Source: an uncultured Gemmatimonadales bacterium
Lineage (GTDB): Bacteria; Gemmatimonadota; Gemmatimonadetes; Gemmatimonadales; GWC2-71-9
Assembly: GCA_963792265.1 (NCBI GenBank)
Contig: CAWBVP010000015.1
Location: 160,742-224,741 of the forward strand
DNA: 64,000 nucleotides
Direction of reading: 5' to 3'
Position numbers and translations under genes: made by a program. The notes below the pieces were generated by a model. That model was not told the DNA's origin. It saw only the letters and a program-made list of their open reading frames with translations, and searched no databases. Of this stretch, positions 22,096-33,673 are shown piece after piece (the first letter of the stretch is position 1; each line of letters begins with the position of its first letter).

Positions 22096-23393
22096 CTAGT
22101 GCCAGGTGGGCTGGCGCGCATCCCCGGTGGATGTGAGGCGCCGCAGCCCGGTACCGTCCCGATTGATGATGAAGAGGTCAAAGGTAGCTCCCGGGTCAGG
22201 ATTGCCGTTGCCACGGGCGAAAACCAGCTGCCTACCGTCGGGTGACCAGGCAGGGTCAAAGTCCAGAAAGGAACAGCACGGGCCCGGCGTGGTCAGGGTC
22301 CCGGCGACGCCAGAGCCGTCCGCGTGCCGCAAGATGATGCCGTTTGTAACGGACGAGGACGACGCGATCCAGGAACCGTCGGGGGACCAGGCGGGGCTTT
22401 CGGCAACCACGTCGGTCAGGCGCCTCGCGCCGGAGCCGGCGGCAGTTCCGGTGCAGACCCACCACAAGTCATCCCCGCCGTTAGTGGCATCGCATGTGAA
22501 GGCGATCATGCTCCCATCCGGGGACCACGTGGGGGTGGATAGCCCCATCCACCCAAAGTTCGAGTATTCCGTGAGAGGAGGCAGTGACGCAACCGTCGAA
22601 GAGCGGGTTCTCGTTGGAGCCATCTGCGTTGACAACATAGATACTCGTCAGTCCCCAGCAGTACGGTGCGTCAGCGCACCCCCTTAGCCCTGCTGCAAAC
22701 GCGTCTTGGTCCCATCCGGTGACCACGCTGGGCTGTTGGCGCACCAGGGTTGAGTGAGGGGAGTGGTGATCTGCTGCACCCCCGAGCCATCGGCCCGCGC
22801 GGTGTAGACCTCGCATGTGTTCCAGCTGTCGGCCGTCCGGGTAAACGCGAGCCTGGCTCGATCCGGAGACCACGCCGGCTGAAATGCCGTAGAGTCGGCG
22901 ATCAACACTGCGCGCCCCAATCCGTCAGCACCGATCTCCTCGATGCCGTGGCTCGATTGGAAGGCGATGATCGGCGACGTGGCCGGCGCTATGTCGAACG
23001 CGGCGCTCGTCGTCCCAGTGAGCCCGCTGGCGCTCGCCGCCAGCGTGTAGCCCGCGCCTGCCTTATCGACGTGCAGGTTCGAGAAGATCGCGACCCCATT
23101 CACCGCCGCCACTTCGATGTCCCTGCCAGGGCACCTCCGCCCGGATCGGCCCCGAGGGCCACGGTCACGACCTCCGTCGCCGTCGTGACGACATTGCCGG
23201 ACGCGTCCTCGATCGCGATGGCGAGGGGAGGACTGATCGCGACGCCGGCCGTCGCGTTGCTGGGTTGGACCGAGAACGTGAGCTTCGTTGCCGCTGGTGC
23301 CGCTGGCGTGGTGGGTCCTTCGGATGTGCAGGCGGCTAAGACGACCAACGACGTCCAGGGCAGCCACCCCAGCCGGAGTAGTTGAGAACGCAT
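22096..23393 (-). CDS. Lipoprotein with an Ig-like domain and TolB-like PD40 beta-propeller repeats; at least 3 frame breaks
   Basis: Starts MRSQLLRLGWLPWTSLVVLAACTSEG. The Ig-like part reads KLTFSVQPSNATAGVAISPPLAIAIEDASGNVV...GYTLAASASGLTGTTSAAFDI. PD40 motifs recur as PAWSPDRARLAF, PAWSPDGTK, PTWSPDGSMIAF, PAWSPDGSWIA and PAWSPDGRQLVF. Confidence 0.8.
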
Positions 23394-23607
23394 ACGATCC
23401 TCTCCGAGTACGATCCTCTCCGAGGTTGACGCGTGAGAGCCACAGTTGCCCCAGGCCTCCACGCAGTCCATGGCGCGCGGCTGATTTCTGACCGATCTCC
23501 GGCTGACCCGCTAAGCCGTTGAAGGTGGGACGATTAGGCGAACTGATCGCTATGTACGGGCCGCACGGAGTGGAATATATTGAGGACAAGGCACTCGAGG
23601 AACCGTC

Positions 23608-25522
23608 GTGGCAGTCATTCGGTTCGGATCGTTCGAAGTCGATCCTCCTGCCGGTGAGCTACGCAAGGGCGGGACACGGATCAGGCTGCAGCAGCAGCCG
23701 CTTCGAATCCTGGTATTGCTGCTCGAGCGCCCCGGAGAGGTTGTAACGCGGAGGAGCTGCGCCAGGCGATCTGGCCTACCACCGCGTTCGGCAGTTTCGA
23801 CGAAGGCCTCGACGCCGCGATCTACAAGCTCCGCGGCGCCCTCGGAGACTCGGCCGAGCACCCGCGCTTCATCGAGACCCTACCCCGTCGGGGATATCGA
23901 TTCATCGCGTCGCTAGACGACGCGGTTGCGCCTCCCCGGCCGGAGCCGGCGGGGCGAGCAGCATCCGTTCCAAAGCGGAAGTCCTTCATGTGGGTTGGGG
24001 GCCTGGCGGTCCTCGTGGCGCTCATGCTCGCCATGGCCATGGAGGGCCTGCCGATCCGCTCGCAGGGTAGGACCACCCCCCCGCGCATTCGCTCCATCGC
24101 GGTGCTTCCCCTCAGGAACCTGTCGGGCGACTCGGCGCAGGACTACTTCGCCGACGGCATGACCGAGGCGATCACCACGCGCCTCGGCCAGAGCCCGGGG
24201 CTGCGGGTGATCTCCCACACGTCGGCCATGCACTACAAGGGGACGCGGGAGACGCTGCCCGAGATCGGTCACGAGTTGCACGTGGACGCGGTGGTGGAGG
24301 GAGCGGTGCTGCGCGCCGGGAGCCGGGTGCGGGTCACGGCGCAGTTGGTGGAGGCGTCCAGCGACCGGGACTTGTGGGCTGAGACCTACGAGGAAGACCT
24401 GCGGGATGTGCTCGCCTTACAGGACGCGGTCGCCCAGGCCGTCGCCACTGAGGTTCAGGTCAGGGTCTCCTCCTCGTCGCCGGGTCCGGTAGCGAGTACC
24501 CGCGCCCGGCCAGTGGACCCACAGGCGTATGACCTCTACCTCCGGGGTCGTGCGGAGTGCAACGAGCGGACGGCGTTAGGCTTCCGCAGGAGCATCGAAT
24601 ACTAAGCAGGCCATTCAGAAGGACTCGGGGTACGCGCCGGCGTGGGCAGGACTGTCCGACGCCTACCTGGGCTTGGGGGCGTACAACTTCCTGCCCCCCA
24701 CGATAGTCTGGCCTAAAGCGAAAGCCGCGGCGCTCCGAGCGATACGACTCGATGAGACGCTCTCCGAAGCACATGTCCCGCTGGCGATCGTGTTACAGCA
24801 TCTGGAATGGTCGTGGTCCGATGCGGAGCGGGAGTTTCGACGGGCGATTGCCCTCAACCCGAACAACGGCTTCGCTCACGAGGTGTACGGCCACCTGCTC
24901 AGCGCGAGAGGCCAGTTTGAGGCGGCTCTGGGCGAGATGCAACGGGCCGTAGAGCTCGACCCGCTCGTTCCAGAACGGCGATATTCCCTCGCCGCGACGT
25001 TCTATCGGGCCGGACGTTATGACGAAGCACTGCAACACTTCCGGCTGGTCCCCGACCCCGATCCGCACGCGGAAATCCACCATCTGAGAATTGCGACCAT
25101 TCTCGAGCGACAGGGGCGGCTACCGGAAGCCACAGCCGAACGAGTGCTGGCGCTGCAACTGGGCGGTAAGGAGGAAGTCGCTGCGTCGGTCGAACGCGAA
25201 TACCGCTCCTTCGGTTACGCCGCAGCAAAGCGGGCATATCTGACCGGGCATCTCCGCGAGGCAGAGCGGCACGCGCAAGGCGAATATCCCCGGGCCGTCC
25301 TCGGTTGATATTGCTGCTGACTACGCGCTGCTGGGCGAGCGAGACCGAGCCTTTGCATGGCTCGAGCGAGCCTTCCGCCAGCACGACTGGTCGGTCGTGT
25401 TCCTCGAGGTAGATAATCGTCTTCGAGGGCCTCCGGTCCGACCGCCGTTTCGGGATCTTGCACGGCAGATCGGCCTGCCCGAAAAAATAAGCGCACGGGA
25501 TCCGGGTTCTTCAGGGAAGTAG
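23608..25522 (+). CDS. CadC/OmpR-family winged-helix transmembrane regulator with TolB_N-like and TPR domains; at least 3 frame breaks
   Basis: wHTH region IRFGSFEVDPPAGELRKGGTRIRLQQQPLRILVLLLERPGEVVTR...RFIETLPRRGYRFI, then TM segment WVGGLAVLVALMLAMAM. It continues SIAVLPLRNLSGDSAQDYFADGMTEAITTRL, and then a TPR region (LNPNNGFAHEVYGHLL, ELDPLVPE). Confidence 0.8.
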
Positions 25523-25788
25523 GCGTCGTGGACAAGCGCGGTGTGACTGGGAAGTGCTACGATCTGGCATTTGTGCTTGCAAGCTGCTTGACACTAAAAA
25601 GGAGCTGACCAGTCGCGCAACTGGTCCGTGTTGTCCGTTGTGTTGTCCATTCGGCGCGGCATCGCCGACATTTCACATCGCTTGACGTCGGCAGGTGGCG
25701 GGCCGTCTGGTGGGTAAGTGCCGATGGAATGGCACCTTACTGATAAACGGTAGACGGCAAAATGTCGGCGATGGAAGTCAAAACAAAT

Positions 25789-25833
25789 CGGCTGAGAAGC
25801 GTGATGTCGGTAGTTCAACTCTACCCAGGCCCA
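25789..25833 (+). repeat. Direct repeat of the 3' ~45 nt of tRNA-Ile, from the anticodon loop to the 3' end
   Basis: CGGCTGAGAAGCGTGATGTCGGTAGTTCAACTCTACCCAGGCCCA aligns with tRNA CGCCTGATAAGCGTGAGGTCGGTAGTTCAACTCTACCCAGGCCCA. A related hairpin CGCCCCG...CGGGGCG plus a T-rich tail follows at 25847-25885. Confidence 0.85.
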
Positions 25834-25901
25834 TGAATCAGAATTCCGCCCCGCTGACGGTCGCACTGTCACGGGGCGTTTCTCTCTCCTTCGTGCCGGC
25901 A

Positions 25902-26620
25902 TCACCAGGCCGCACGCGTCGCCGGACTCCGGGTCAGCACGACCCGGCTCACGACCACGACCCAGGCGAGGCAGATGAGGGGCGAGATGAGCCGCGAATA
26001 GGCGCCGTCCGGGGCCCAGAATCCACCGCGCATCCAGGTGGTGCCGCCCAGCAGGACCAGCACGAGGGCCGCGACCCCCGCCGTGAAGAGTGCGTTCGAG
26101 ATCTGCCCGGCGCGCCAGAGCCCGAAGGTCGAGGCCATGATCAGCATCGCGCGGGGGAACGAACTCAGCACGAGGAGGGCCCACATGAAGTCGTTCAGCC
26201 CCGAGGTGAGCGGCCCATTTCCGGAGCCGGCGATCGAGTACGCGAGGGCAGCGGCCACCGTAAGAGCCAGGAGGAACAGCGCCCCGAACGCGGCGCTCGC
26301 GGCGATTGCCGCCGCGCCCCACCCGTCCTGCCCCGCATCCGCCAGGATGGTCCGGACTGCCATCGTGAACCACAGGAGATTGAGGAGGTTGAGGCCGAAG
26401 CAGAACACGGCGATCAGGATCCGGGTGCGATCGCCATTGAAGAAGGCGGCTGAGTGCGTCGGCCGACGCGCCGGTCGGCGGCTGGGTGCCGTAGATGAAG
26501 AACGCGATGATGAACAAGCCCGACGAACTGGATGCCGCTCGTGCGCCAGAGGCGTTCCCAGAACGCGGGCGTGGTGTAGACGCTGGTGGACGAGGGCACG
26601 GTTCTGGTGGCTGCACTCAT
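25902..26620 (-). CDS. Integral membrane protein of unknown function (about 6 TM); 2 frame breaks
   Basis: MSAATRTVPSSTSVYTTPAFWERLWRTSGIQFVGL, then ..FFNGDRTRILIAVFCFGLNLLNLLWFTMAV...LVLVLLGGTTWMRGGFWAPDGAYSRLISPLICLAWVVVVS. I recognise no family. Confidence 0.55.
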
Positions 26621-26840
26621 GACGACACATCCTCTCGATCGGCGGGGCTGAGAGTTCGGCGGCCTCGAGTTGAGCCCTAACCTACTGCTGATTCCTGGCA
26701 GCAGCTACGAGGCGCAGTGCTCTTGACGGCGCCAGCGCTATGTCGTAGATCAGTCATCTTCCCGCGCCCGACGCGTTCCTCGCCTCCCGATTCCCCATTG
26801 TGACGATCAGGGCGAGCTGACTTTTCCGCGGAGCGACACT

Positions 26841-27314
26841 ATGCAACTCACCGTCAACGGCAAGACCCACCAGGTCGAGGTCCCCGCGGATATGCCGCTC
26901 CTCTGGGTGTTGCGCGACGTGATCGGCCTGACCGGCACCAAGTTCGGCTGCGGCATCGCCGCCTGCGGCGCCTGTACCGTCCAGGTCGACGGGCAGGCGA
27001 TTCGATCGTGCGTTACCCCGGCGAGTACCGTCACCGGGAAGCAGATCACCACCATCGAGGCCATCGGAGCGTCGTCGGCCGGGAAGAAGATCCAGGACGC
27101 CTGGCTCGCGCTGGACGTGCCCCAATGCGGCTACTGCCAGTCGGGCCAGATCATGTCGGCCTCCGCGCTGCTGGCCAAGAATGCGAGTCCCAACGACGCC
27201 GACATCGATACCGCCATGTCGGGCAACATCTGCCGCTGCGGCACCTATAGCCGGATCCGGGCCGCGATCAAGCAGGCGGCCGGGGCACCTGCCGTCGCCG
27301 CGAAGGGAGCCTGA
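26841..27314 (+). CDS. (2Fe-2S)-binding small subunit of a molybdenum hydroxylase (IorA/aldehyde oxidoreductase type)
   Basis: Intact 157-aa ORF with [16 protein letters not shown] and [12 protein letters not shown]...[10 protein letters not shown] possible promoter TTGACG-17-TAGATC lies at 26723-26751. Confidence 0.92.
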   Translation: MQLTVNGKTHQVEVPADMPLLWVLRDVIGLTGTKFGCGIAACGACTVQVDGQAIRSCVTPASTVTGKQITTIEAIGASSAGKKIQDAWLALDVPQCGYCQSGQIMSASALLAKNASPNDADIDTAMSGNICRCGTYSRIRAAIKQAAGAPAVAAKGA

Positions 27315-27316
27315 CC

Positions 27317-29494
27317 ATGTCAAAGCGCTCTCCCGATGATTTTTCTCGCCGTGACTTCGTGGTCGCCATGGCCGCGGCCGGCGGCGGCCTCCTCATCGGC
27401 TGCCGGGTCAACGAACGGCGCCGAATTCCGGGCCCCACCGAAGAAGCCGCGGCAGCGGACCCGGCGGCGTTCGCCCCCAACGCCTTCGTTCGGGTTGGCA
27501 CGCGACGGCCGGGTCACCGTGATCACCGGCCAGGTTGAAATGGGGCAGGGCGTCTACACCTCGATGCCCATGCTAGTGGCCGAAGAGCTCGAGGTCCCCT
27601 GGGATCAGGTGCAGGCCGCGCACGCCCCGCCCGACGACAAGCTCTACGCCAACCCGCTGCTCGGCTTCCAGGTCACCGGCGCGTCCAGCTCGGTGCGGGC
27701 GTTCTACACGCCGCTCCGGAAGGCCGGCGCCACCGCGCGCGCCATGCTGATCGCCGCCGCGGCCCAGCGCTGGAACGTCGATCCGGCCTCGTGCCAGGCG
27801 GAAAATGGAACCGTAACGCACGCCGGCAAAAAACTGGGCTACGGCGAGCTGGCCGATGCCGCGGCCAAGCTGCCGGTCCCCTCCGACGTGAAGCTCAAGG
27901 ATCCGAAGGACTTCAAGCTGATCGGCACGGCGGCCAAGCGGCTCGACACCCCGGAGAAGGTGAACGGAACGGCGAAGTACAGCATCGACGTCCGGCTGCC
28001 GGGCCTCAAGATCGCCACCCTGGCCTCGAGCCCGGTGGTGGGGGGGAAGGTCGCCAGCGTGGACGACAGCAAGGCCAAGTCGATCCCCGGCGTGCGCCAG
28101 ATCGTGAAGCTGGACGACCTGGTCGCCGTGGTGGGCGACCACATGTGGGCCGCCAAGCAGGGACTGGCGGCGCTGGTCATCAAGTGGGACGATGGCCCCA
28201 ACGGAAAGACCTCCACCGAGGACGTGGTCAAGGGACTGGACGCGGCCTCGCGGAAGCCGGGCGTGGTGGTCCGGAAGCAGACGCTTGCCCTACGGGGTCA
28301 GTGCCACCGGGATGCGAAAGCTCGAAGCCGTCTACCAGGTGCCGTTCCTGGCCCACGCCACCATGGAGCCGGTGAACTGCACCGTCCACGTCCGGAAGGA
28401 CGGCTGCGAGGTCTGGACCCGATCCCAGGTGCTGAGCCGGGTCCAGGCCATGGCGGCGAAGGTCACCGGCTTCCCGCCGGAGAAGGTCGTGGTCCACAAC
28501 CATCTGCTGGGGGGCGGCTTTGGCCGGGGGCTCGAGATCGACCACGAGACCAAGGCGGTTCGGATCGCCAAGGAGGTCGAAGGGCCGGTGAAGCTGGTCT
28601 ACACCCGGGAGGAAGACATGCAGCACGATGTCTACCGCCCGTACTACTACGACCGGTTCTCCGCCCAGCTGAATGCGCAGGGCAAGCCGGTCGCCTGGAG
28701 CCATCGGATCGTCGGGCCGTCGATCCTCGCCCGCTGGGCTCCTCCCGCCTTCAAGGACGGGATCGATGGCGACGCGGTGGACGGCGCGGCCCAGCTGGTC
28801 TACGACATCCCCACGATCCAGATCGAGTACGTCCGCCACGAGGAGCCGGTGCTCAACGTCGGCTTCTGGCGCGGGGTGGGAGTCACCCACAACAACTTCG
28901 TGATCGAGAGCTTCATGGATGAGCTCGCGGCCGGCGGCGAAGCAGGACCCGGTGGAGTACCGCCTCGCCCTGCTGGGCAAGTCACCCCGGGCCAAGGCGG
29001 TCCTGGAGACGGCGGCGAAGGCCGCCGGGTGGGGCGAGAAGCTGCCCGCCGGACAGGGGCGGGGGGTCTCTCTCCTTTATAGTGGCTGGGACACCTACCT
29101 GGCCCAGGTCTTCGACGTGGAGGTGTCGAAGTCGGGCGACGTGCGGGTCCACCGGGTGGTCTCCGCGGTGGACTGCGGCATCATGGTCAACCCGGACACG
29201 GTGAAGGCCCAGATCGAGAGCGGGATCGTCTACGGCATCAGCGCCGCGCTGTGGGGCGAGATCACTCTCAAGAACGGGCGGGTCGAGCAGACCAGCTTCC
29301 CGGACTACCGGGTGCTCCGGATGAACGAGATGCCCGAGATCCAGGTGCACCTGACCAAGAGCAGCGACGCGCCTGGCGGCATCGGCGAGCCGGGGACGGC
29401 GGGCACCGCGGCGGCGCTGGCCAATGCGGTGTTTGCCGCGACCGGAAAGCGGATCCGGCATCTGCCCATCCAAAAGGCACTGGCCACCGCATGA
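27317..29494 (+). CDS. Molybdopterin-binding large subunit (IorB/aldehyde oxidase type) with a Tat signal; at least 3 frame breaks
   Basis: Tat-like start MSKRSPDDFSRRDFVVAMAAAGGGLLIGC. It continues GQGVYTSMPMLVAEELEV, FLAHATMEPVNCTVHV, LLGGGFGRG, WRGVGVTHNNFVIESFMDELA and GGIGEPGTAGTAAALANAVFAATGKRIRHLPI. Confidence 0.9.
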
Positions 29495-30641
29495 GCGAGC
29501 TGCTCCAGGTGGCGGCGGCGCTGAGCCGGGCCGCGCAGGGAAGGCCAGGTCAGCGTGCTGGCGACGGTGGTGCGAACCGAGGGCTCGACCTACCGCCGGA
29601 TCGGCGCGCGACTGCTGATCCTGCCCGACGGCAGACACGTCGGTGCGGTCAGCGCCGGATGCATCGAGACCGATGTCCTGCTCCGGGCCAACGGCATCCG
29701 TACTGCTGGAACGGCGGAGCTGATTACCTACGATACTCGCTCGCCCGACGATCTCGTCTGGGGATTCGGCGCCGGCTGCGGCGGCATGACCCAGTTGCTG
29801 CTGGAGCCGCTGCAGCCCCAGCAGGCGCTGTCCAGGGCGGAGTGGTTCCTCACGATCGCCGAGGCGCGGCGGCCCAGCGTCCTGGCCACCGTGATCAGGG
29901 CGACGGGAGTGGCGCTCCAACCGGGAGACCAGGCGCTACTCCCCCATGCCGCCGCCGGCCTCAAGGGCTTCGATGCCATCCCTGCCGCGCTTCGGGCGAT
30001 GGTAGAGGCAACGGCGCGGCTCACGCTGCGAACCGGCTCCTCATCCGCGGTCCATCACCTCTGGAGCGGTCGGGAGCTGGACCTCAGCTATGAGGTGCGT
30101 CTCCCCCGGGTACGCCTCTCGGTGTGCGGGGCCGGGCCCGATGCCGCCCCGCTGGTGACGATGGCGAAGGCGCTGGGGTGGCAGGTGACCCTGATCGACC
30201 ATCGGCCCGCTGTGCTCTCCGCCGAGCTGTGGCCCGGCGTGGACTGCATCCCGCTCTCCTCACCGGCTGACATTGGCGCCGCGTTGGAGCGAGCCGCTCC
30301 GGATGCCGCGGTGGTCATGCATCATCACTACGAGCGCGACCTCGAGTCCCTCGCAGCCTGCCTCGATTCGGCGGTGCCCTTCATCGGCATGCTGGGCCCC
30401 CGCCACCGCACCGGGCTGATGCTCGACCGGCTGCATGCCCGAGGGCGTTGCGCTCGAGGGGGCGGAGCAACGGATCCACGCCCCGGTGGGCCTGGACCTG
30501 GGTGGGGAGACTGCGGAGGAGATCGCCCTGTCGATCGTGGCCGAGATCAAGGCCAGTGTGGCCGGCCGGACCGGCGGCGCATTACGGGATCGTGAGGCGC
30601 CCATTCACCATGGGGACCGGCGCCGGCTCGAGGCGGTGTGA
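29491..30641 (+). CDS. XdhC/CoxI-family molybdenum hydroxylase maturation factor; 2 frame breaks
   Basis: The ATGA start overlaps the upstream stop. Contains LATVVRTEGSTYRRIGARLLILPDG..GAVSAGCIE, VCGAGPDAAPLV, and IGMLGPRHRT...IHAPVGLDLGGETAEEIALSIVAEI. Confidence 0.88.
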
Positions 30642-31246
30642 TGCGCGGCCTGGTGCTCCTCGCGGCGGGCGAGTCCGCCCGCATGGGCACCCCGAAGCAG
30701 CTGCTCCAGTTCCGGGGCCGGAGCCTGCTGCGCGGAGCGGCGGAGGAGGCGGTGGCGTCGGGCTGTCGTCCGGTAGTGGTTGTCCTCGGTGCCTTCGCGT
30801 CCCGCCTGGCCGGAGAAGTGGCCGACCTGGATGTCCGGACGGTCATTAATCTGGGGTGGCGAGAAGGCATGGGCGGATCGATTCGCGCCGGGATGACTGC
30901 CCTCCTGACCGGGCCCGCCGGCGATGCGGTGGAATCGGTGGTCATCATGCTGGGTGACCAGCCGTTCTGTACCGCCGCATACGTTCGCCAACTCGTCGCC
31001 CGCCAGGAGGAGCGCGGGTGCTCGGCCGTCGCCTCGTCCTACCGGGGAACCTGCGGCGTGCCGGCCCTGTTCAGCCGATCGCTCTTCCCTGAGCTGCTGG
31101 CGCTCCGGGGGCCCGAAGGGGCCCGGCGGATTCTCCAGCGTCATGCCGGCGAAACTGTAGAGGTCCCCTTCGCTGCGGGGGAGACCGACGTCGACACGGC
31201 CGAGGACTACGACCGACTGCTGAGTGCTCAGGCCGACCGTCGGTGA
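30638..31246 (+). CDS. MobA-like nucleotidyltransferase (MocA-type molybdenum cofactor cytidylyltransferase)
   Basis: Intact 202-aa ORF with LVLLAAGESARMGTPKQLLQFRGRSLL...VMLGDQPF. Lies downstream of xdhC in the same operon. Confidence 0.85.
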   Translation: MMRGLVLLAAGESARMGTPKQLLQFRGRSLLRGAAEEAVASGCRPVVVVLGAFASRLAGEVADLDVRTVINLGWREGMGGSIRAGMTALLTGPAGDAVESVVIMLGDQPFCTAAYVRQLVARQEERGCSAVASSYRGTCGVPALFSRSLFPELLALRGPEGARRILQRHAGETVEVPFAAGETDVDTAEDYDRLLSAQADRR

Positions 31247-31311
31247 GGCCTTCCTTCCGGATCCGTTGGCGCCAACGCTGGTTGCTGGTCCCTCGTGGCG
31301 GCACGTCTGCG

Positions 31312-31378
31312 GTAGCTGAGGTGGTTAGAGCGCACGCCTGATAAGCGTGAGTCGGTAGTTCAACTCTACCCAGGCCCA
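31312..31378 (+). pseudogene. Degenerate tRNA-Ile copy (positions 7-74 of the gene at 21741)
   Basis: GTAGCTGAGGTGGTTAGAGCGCACGCCTGATAAGCGTGAG-TCGGTAGTTCAACTCTACCCAGGCCCA. It has C>G in the D arm, a 1-nt deletion, an unconserved 5' acceptor strand, and no promoter-like -10. A related hairpin and T-rich tail follow at 31393-31430. Confidence 0.85.
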
Positions 31379-31614
31379 TAATCGAACTGATTGCCCCGCT
31401 TGGTGCTGCTGCCGAGCGGGGTTTTCTCTTGTGTAGTTTTGCGGCTCCGTGGAGTGCCTTGAGTAGTGGATCGCCTGAGGACGCTTTCCCGCTTCCTTCA
31501 CGACCATTTCATGACGGCCAAGCTAAACTGCGGCACAGTTCACCTGCGTGAAAGCGGAGCCCCAGCACTTTTAGGGGTGGACCGGCCCTCGCACAACAGG
31601 ATTGGAGTTGAAGA

Positions 31615-32244
31615 ATGTCAAGAACTTACCTCACCTACGCAGCTGTGGTTTCCATACTGTGTCTTGGGAGCGGTGCCCTTGCAGCGCAGGAGCACATCAG
31701 GCAGTCCGCGGTCGAGGCCCCTGTACCCCAAGACCACTCCGCCATTGCGGAGCAACACATCAGAACACCGGCGGATGAAGCTCCGGCGCCGGCATTGGAT
31801 GACGCCACCATCGTGGCAATCTTCGACCACGCCAACACCGTCGACATAGAGACTGGCAAACTTGCCGCCGAACGCGGTTCCTCCAATGAGGTGCGTCAGT
31901 TTGGCGCGATGCTCGCGCGTGACCATCAGATGGTTCGCCAGCAAGGACGGGATCTGGCTAAAAAGCTCGGTGTCACTCCTACGCCGCCCCCGGGCGATCA
32001 GAGCGCCCAAGAACAGGCCGCTGTGATTCGCCGGCTGAGCAGCCTTCGCGGCGCTGAGTTCGATCGGGCGTTTCTAGAGCGCGAGATCCAGTTCCACAAG
32101 GACGTGATTGCAGCAATAGAGACGACGTTGCTCCCAGCCATTAAGAATGAGGAGCTCCGAGCATTGGTGGTGAAGGTCGCCCCTGCGTTCCAGGCGCACT
32201 TGGCCATGGCGGAGAACCTCCTCACCCGTGTCGCTACAAAGTGA
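31615..32244 (+). CDS. DUF4142 domain protein (secreted)
   Basis: Intact 209-aa ORF with a signal peptide. Contains [43 protein letters not shown]...[17 protein letters not shown]. Confidence 0.8.
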   Translation: MSRTYLTYAAVVSILCLGSGALAAQEHIRQSAVEAPVPQDHSAIAEQHIRTPADEAPAPALDDATIVAIFDHANTVDIETGKLAAERGSSNEVRQFGAMLARDHQMVRQQGRDLAKKLGVTPTPPPGDQSAQEQAAVIRRLSSLRGAEFDRAFLEREIQFHKDVIAAIETTLLPAIKNEELRALVVKVAPAFQAHLAMAENLLTRVATK

Positions 32245-33256
32245 GCGAGAACACCCCTCGAATGTCTCGGAGCACGCCGGCAGCTGTCTCCCGCGTGCTC
32301 GCCGTCCCTGTGCGCAGTAGCGACTCGATCGCGCCAGGATCTATGGCGAACTCCTGGCGTCGCGCCCGTAGGGGGGCCAGTAGCGACTCGAGAACCTCTT
32401 CGAGGCGGCGTTTGAGCTCGACGTCGCCGAGGCCTCCGGCCTGGTAGCGCCTCTTTAGTTCTTCGACCTCAGAGCGGTCCGGATCGAACGCGTCGAGGTA
32501 GGCAAAGACGACGTTGCCTTCGATGTGACCTGAGTCGCTCGGTCGCAGGTGTCTGGGGTCGGTGAACATCGCGCGCACCTTTGCACGGATCTCGTCGGGC
32601 ATAGCAGAGAGCGAGATGGCATTTCCCAGCGACTTGCTGGCTTTTCGACCGTCTATTCCCGGCAGACGCGGGGTATCGGACAATAGCGGTCGGCACTCGG
32701 GCAGCACGGGATGTCCGGCCAGGTGCGCGAGGCGCCGAACGATCTCGTTGGTCTGCTCGATCATCGGGAGCTGGTCATCGCCGACGGGGACAACGGTCGC
32801 ACGTACCGCGGTGATGTCGGCCGCCTGGCTGACCGGGTACACGAGAAAACCGGCTGGTATGGCGCGACCGAACCCTCGAAGCGCGATCTCCTCCCGCACT
32901 GTGGGGTTTCGCTCGAGTCGGGCGACCGTTACCAGGTTGAGGTAAAGCACCGTGAGCTCGGCGAGCTCTGGGATGCCCGACTGCAAGGCGATGGTAGTTG
33001 CATTAGGATCGATGCCGACGGCGAGGTAGTCGAGCGCGAGCTCCATCACCTGCCGCCGAACATCGACCGGACGGCCTGCGTTATCGGTGAGCGCCTGAAG
33101 GTCGGCAATGAGGATGGTCTGGTCATGCGCATACTGGAGCGCCAGACGAGTGCGGAGGGAGCCGGCGAAATGGCCGAGGTGCAGCGGGCCCGTCGGGCGA
33201 TCCCCGGTGAGTACCACCTCGCGGCGTGCGATGGGAGAAGGATGGGTCTCAGTCAT
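32234..33256 (-). CDS. trpS: Tryptophan--tRNA ligase
   Basis: Intact 340-aa ORF with [19 protein letters not shown] (HIGH-type motif) and [10 protein letters not shown] (KMSKS-type motif). Size and layout fit a class Ic TrpRS. Confidence 0.9.
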   Translation of the reverse strand: MTETHPSPIARREVVLTGDRPTGPLHLGHFAGSLRTRLALQYAHDQTILIADLQALTDNAGRPVDVRRQVMELALDYLAVGIDPNATTIALQSGIPELAELTVLYLNLVTVARLERNPTVREEIALRGFGRAIPAGFLVYPVSQAADITAVRATVVPVGDDQLPMIEQTNEIVRRLAHLAGHPVLPECRPLLSDTPRLPGIDGRKASKSLGNAISLSAMPDEIRAKVRAMFTDPRHLRPSDSGHIEGNVVFAYLDAFDPDRSEVEELKRRYQAGGLGDVELKRRLEEVLESLLAPLRARRQEFAIDPGAIESLLRTGTASTRETAAGVLRDIRGVFSLTL

Positions 33257-33422
33257 CGGAGGTTACATGCTAGTCCTTCGCATTTCTCGTCGCCGCCTGT
33301 CTCTGGTTGATTCACGGACTTCGAAAGCACGACAAATCGATCTATCTCGCCTGCATCGGCTGGATCATCCTGGACACCGCAATCATCATCGGGGTGATCG
33401 TCCATCGATAAGCAGGAGACTC

Positions 33423-33641
33423 TCAGCCAGTCAGCTTCCTGAGCGCCGACCCCTTATGCATCGCGATGTGATCGGTCTTGTCGCTCTTGATCTCGTACTG
33501 CGGATCATCCTTGCTCGCATGAACCGTGTAGCCTTTAAACGTGATCCTGGTAGTAATGACTCCGGTGATCCGGCCGCGGACTCGGCCGGCTTCCGAGTTC
33601 CAGCTCACGTGATCTCCCCGCTTGAAGCGTTTCTTAATCAT
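33423..33641 (-). CDS. DUF2945 (HVA1/Tudor-like) small protein
   Basis: Intact 72-aa ORF: KRGDHVSWNSEAGRVRGRITGVIT...ASKDDPQYEIKSDKTDHIAMHKGSAL. Confidence 0.75.
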   Translation of the reverse strand: MIKKRFKRGDHVSWNSEAGRVRGRITGVITTRITFKGYTVHASKDDPQYEIKSDKTDHIAMHKGSALRKLTG

Positions 33642-33673
33642 TCGATTCCTCCCTATGCCGGCATGGTGAAGTC

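Noticed and set aside
21815-31311. Integrase, excisionase or transposase genes inside the tRNA-repeat-bounded segments.
   Set aside because: I read all six frames of the inter-gene gaps (21815-22096, 25523-25900, 26621-26840, 31247-31311). I found no tyrosine/serine recombinase or DDE motifs, and ORFs such as 25594..26616 are frame-mixed products of the membrane protein gene.
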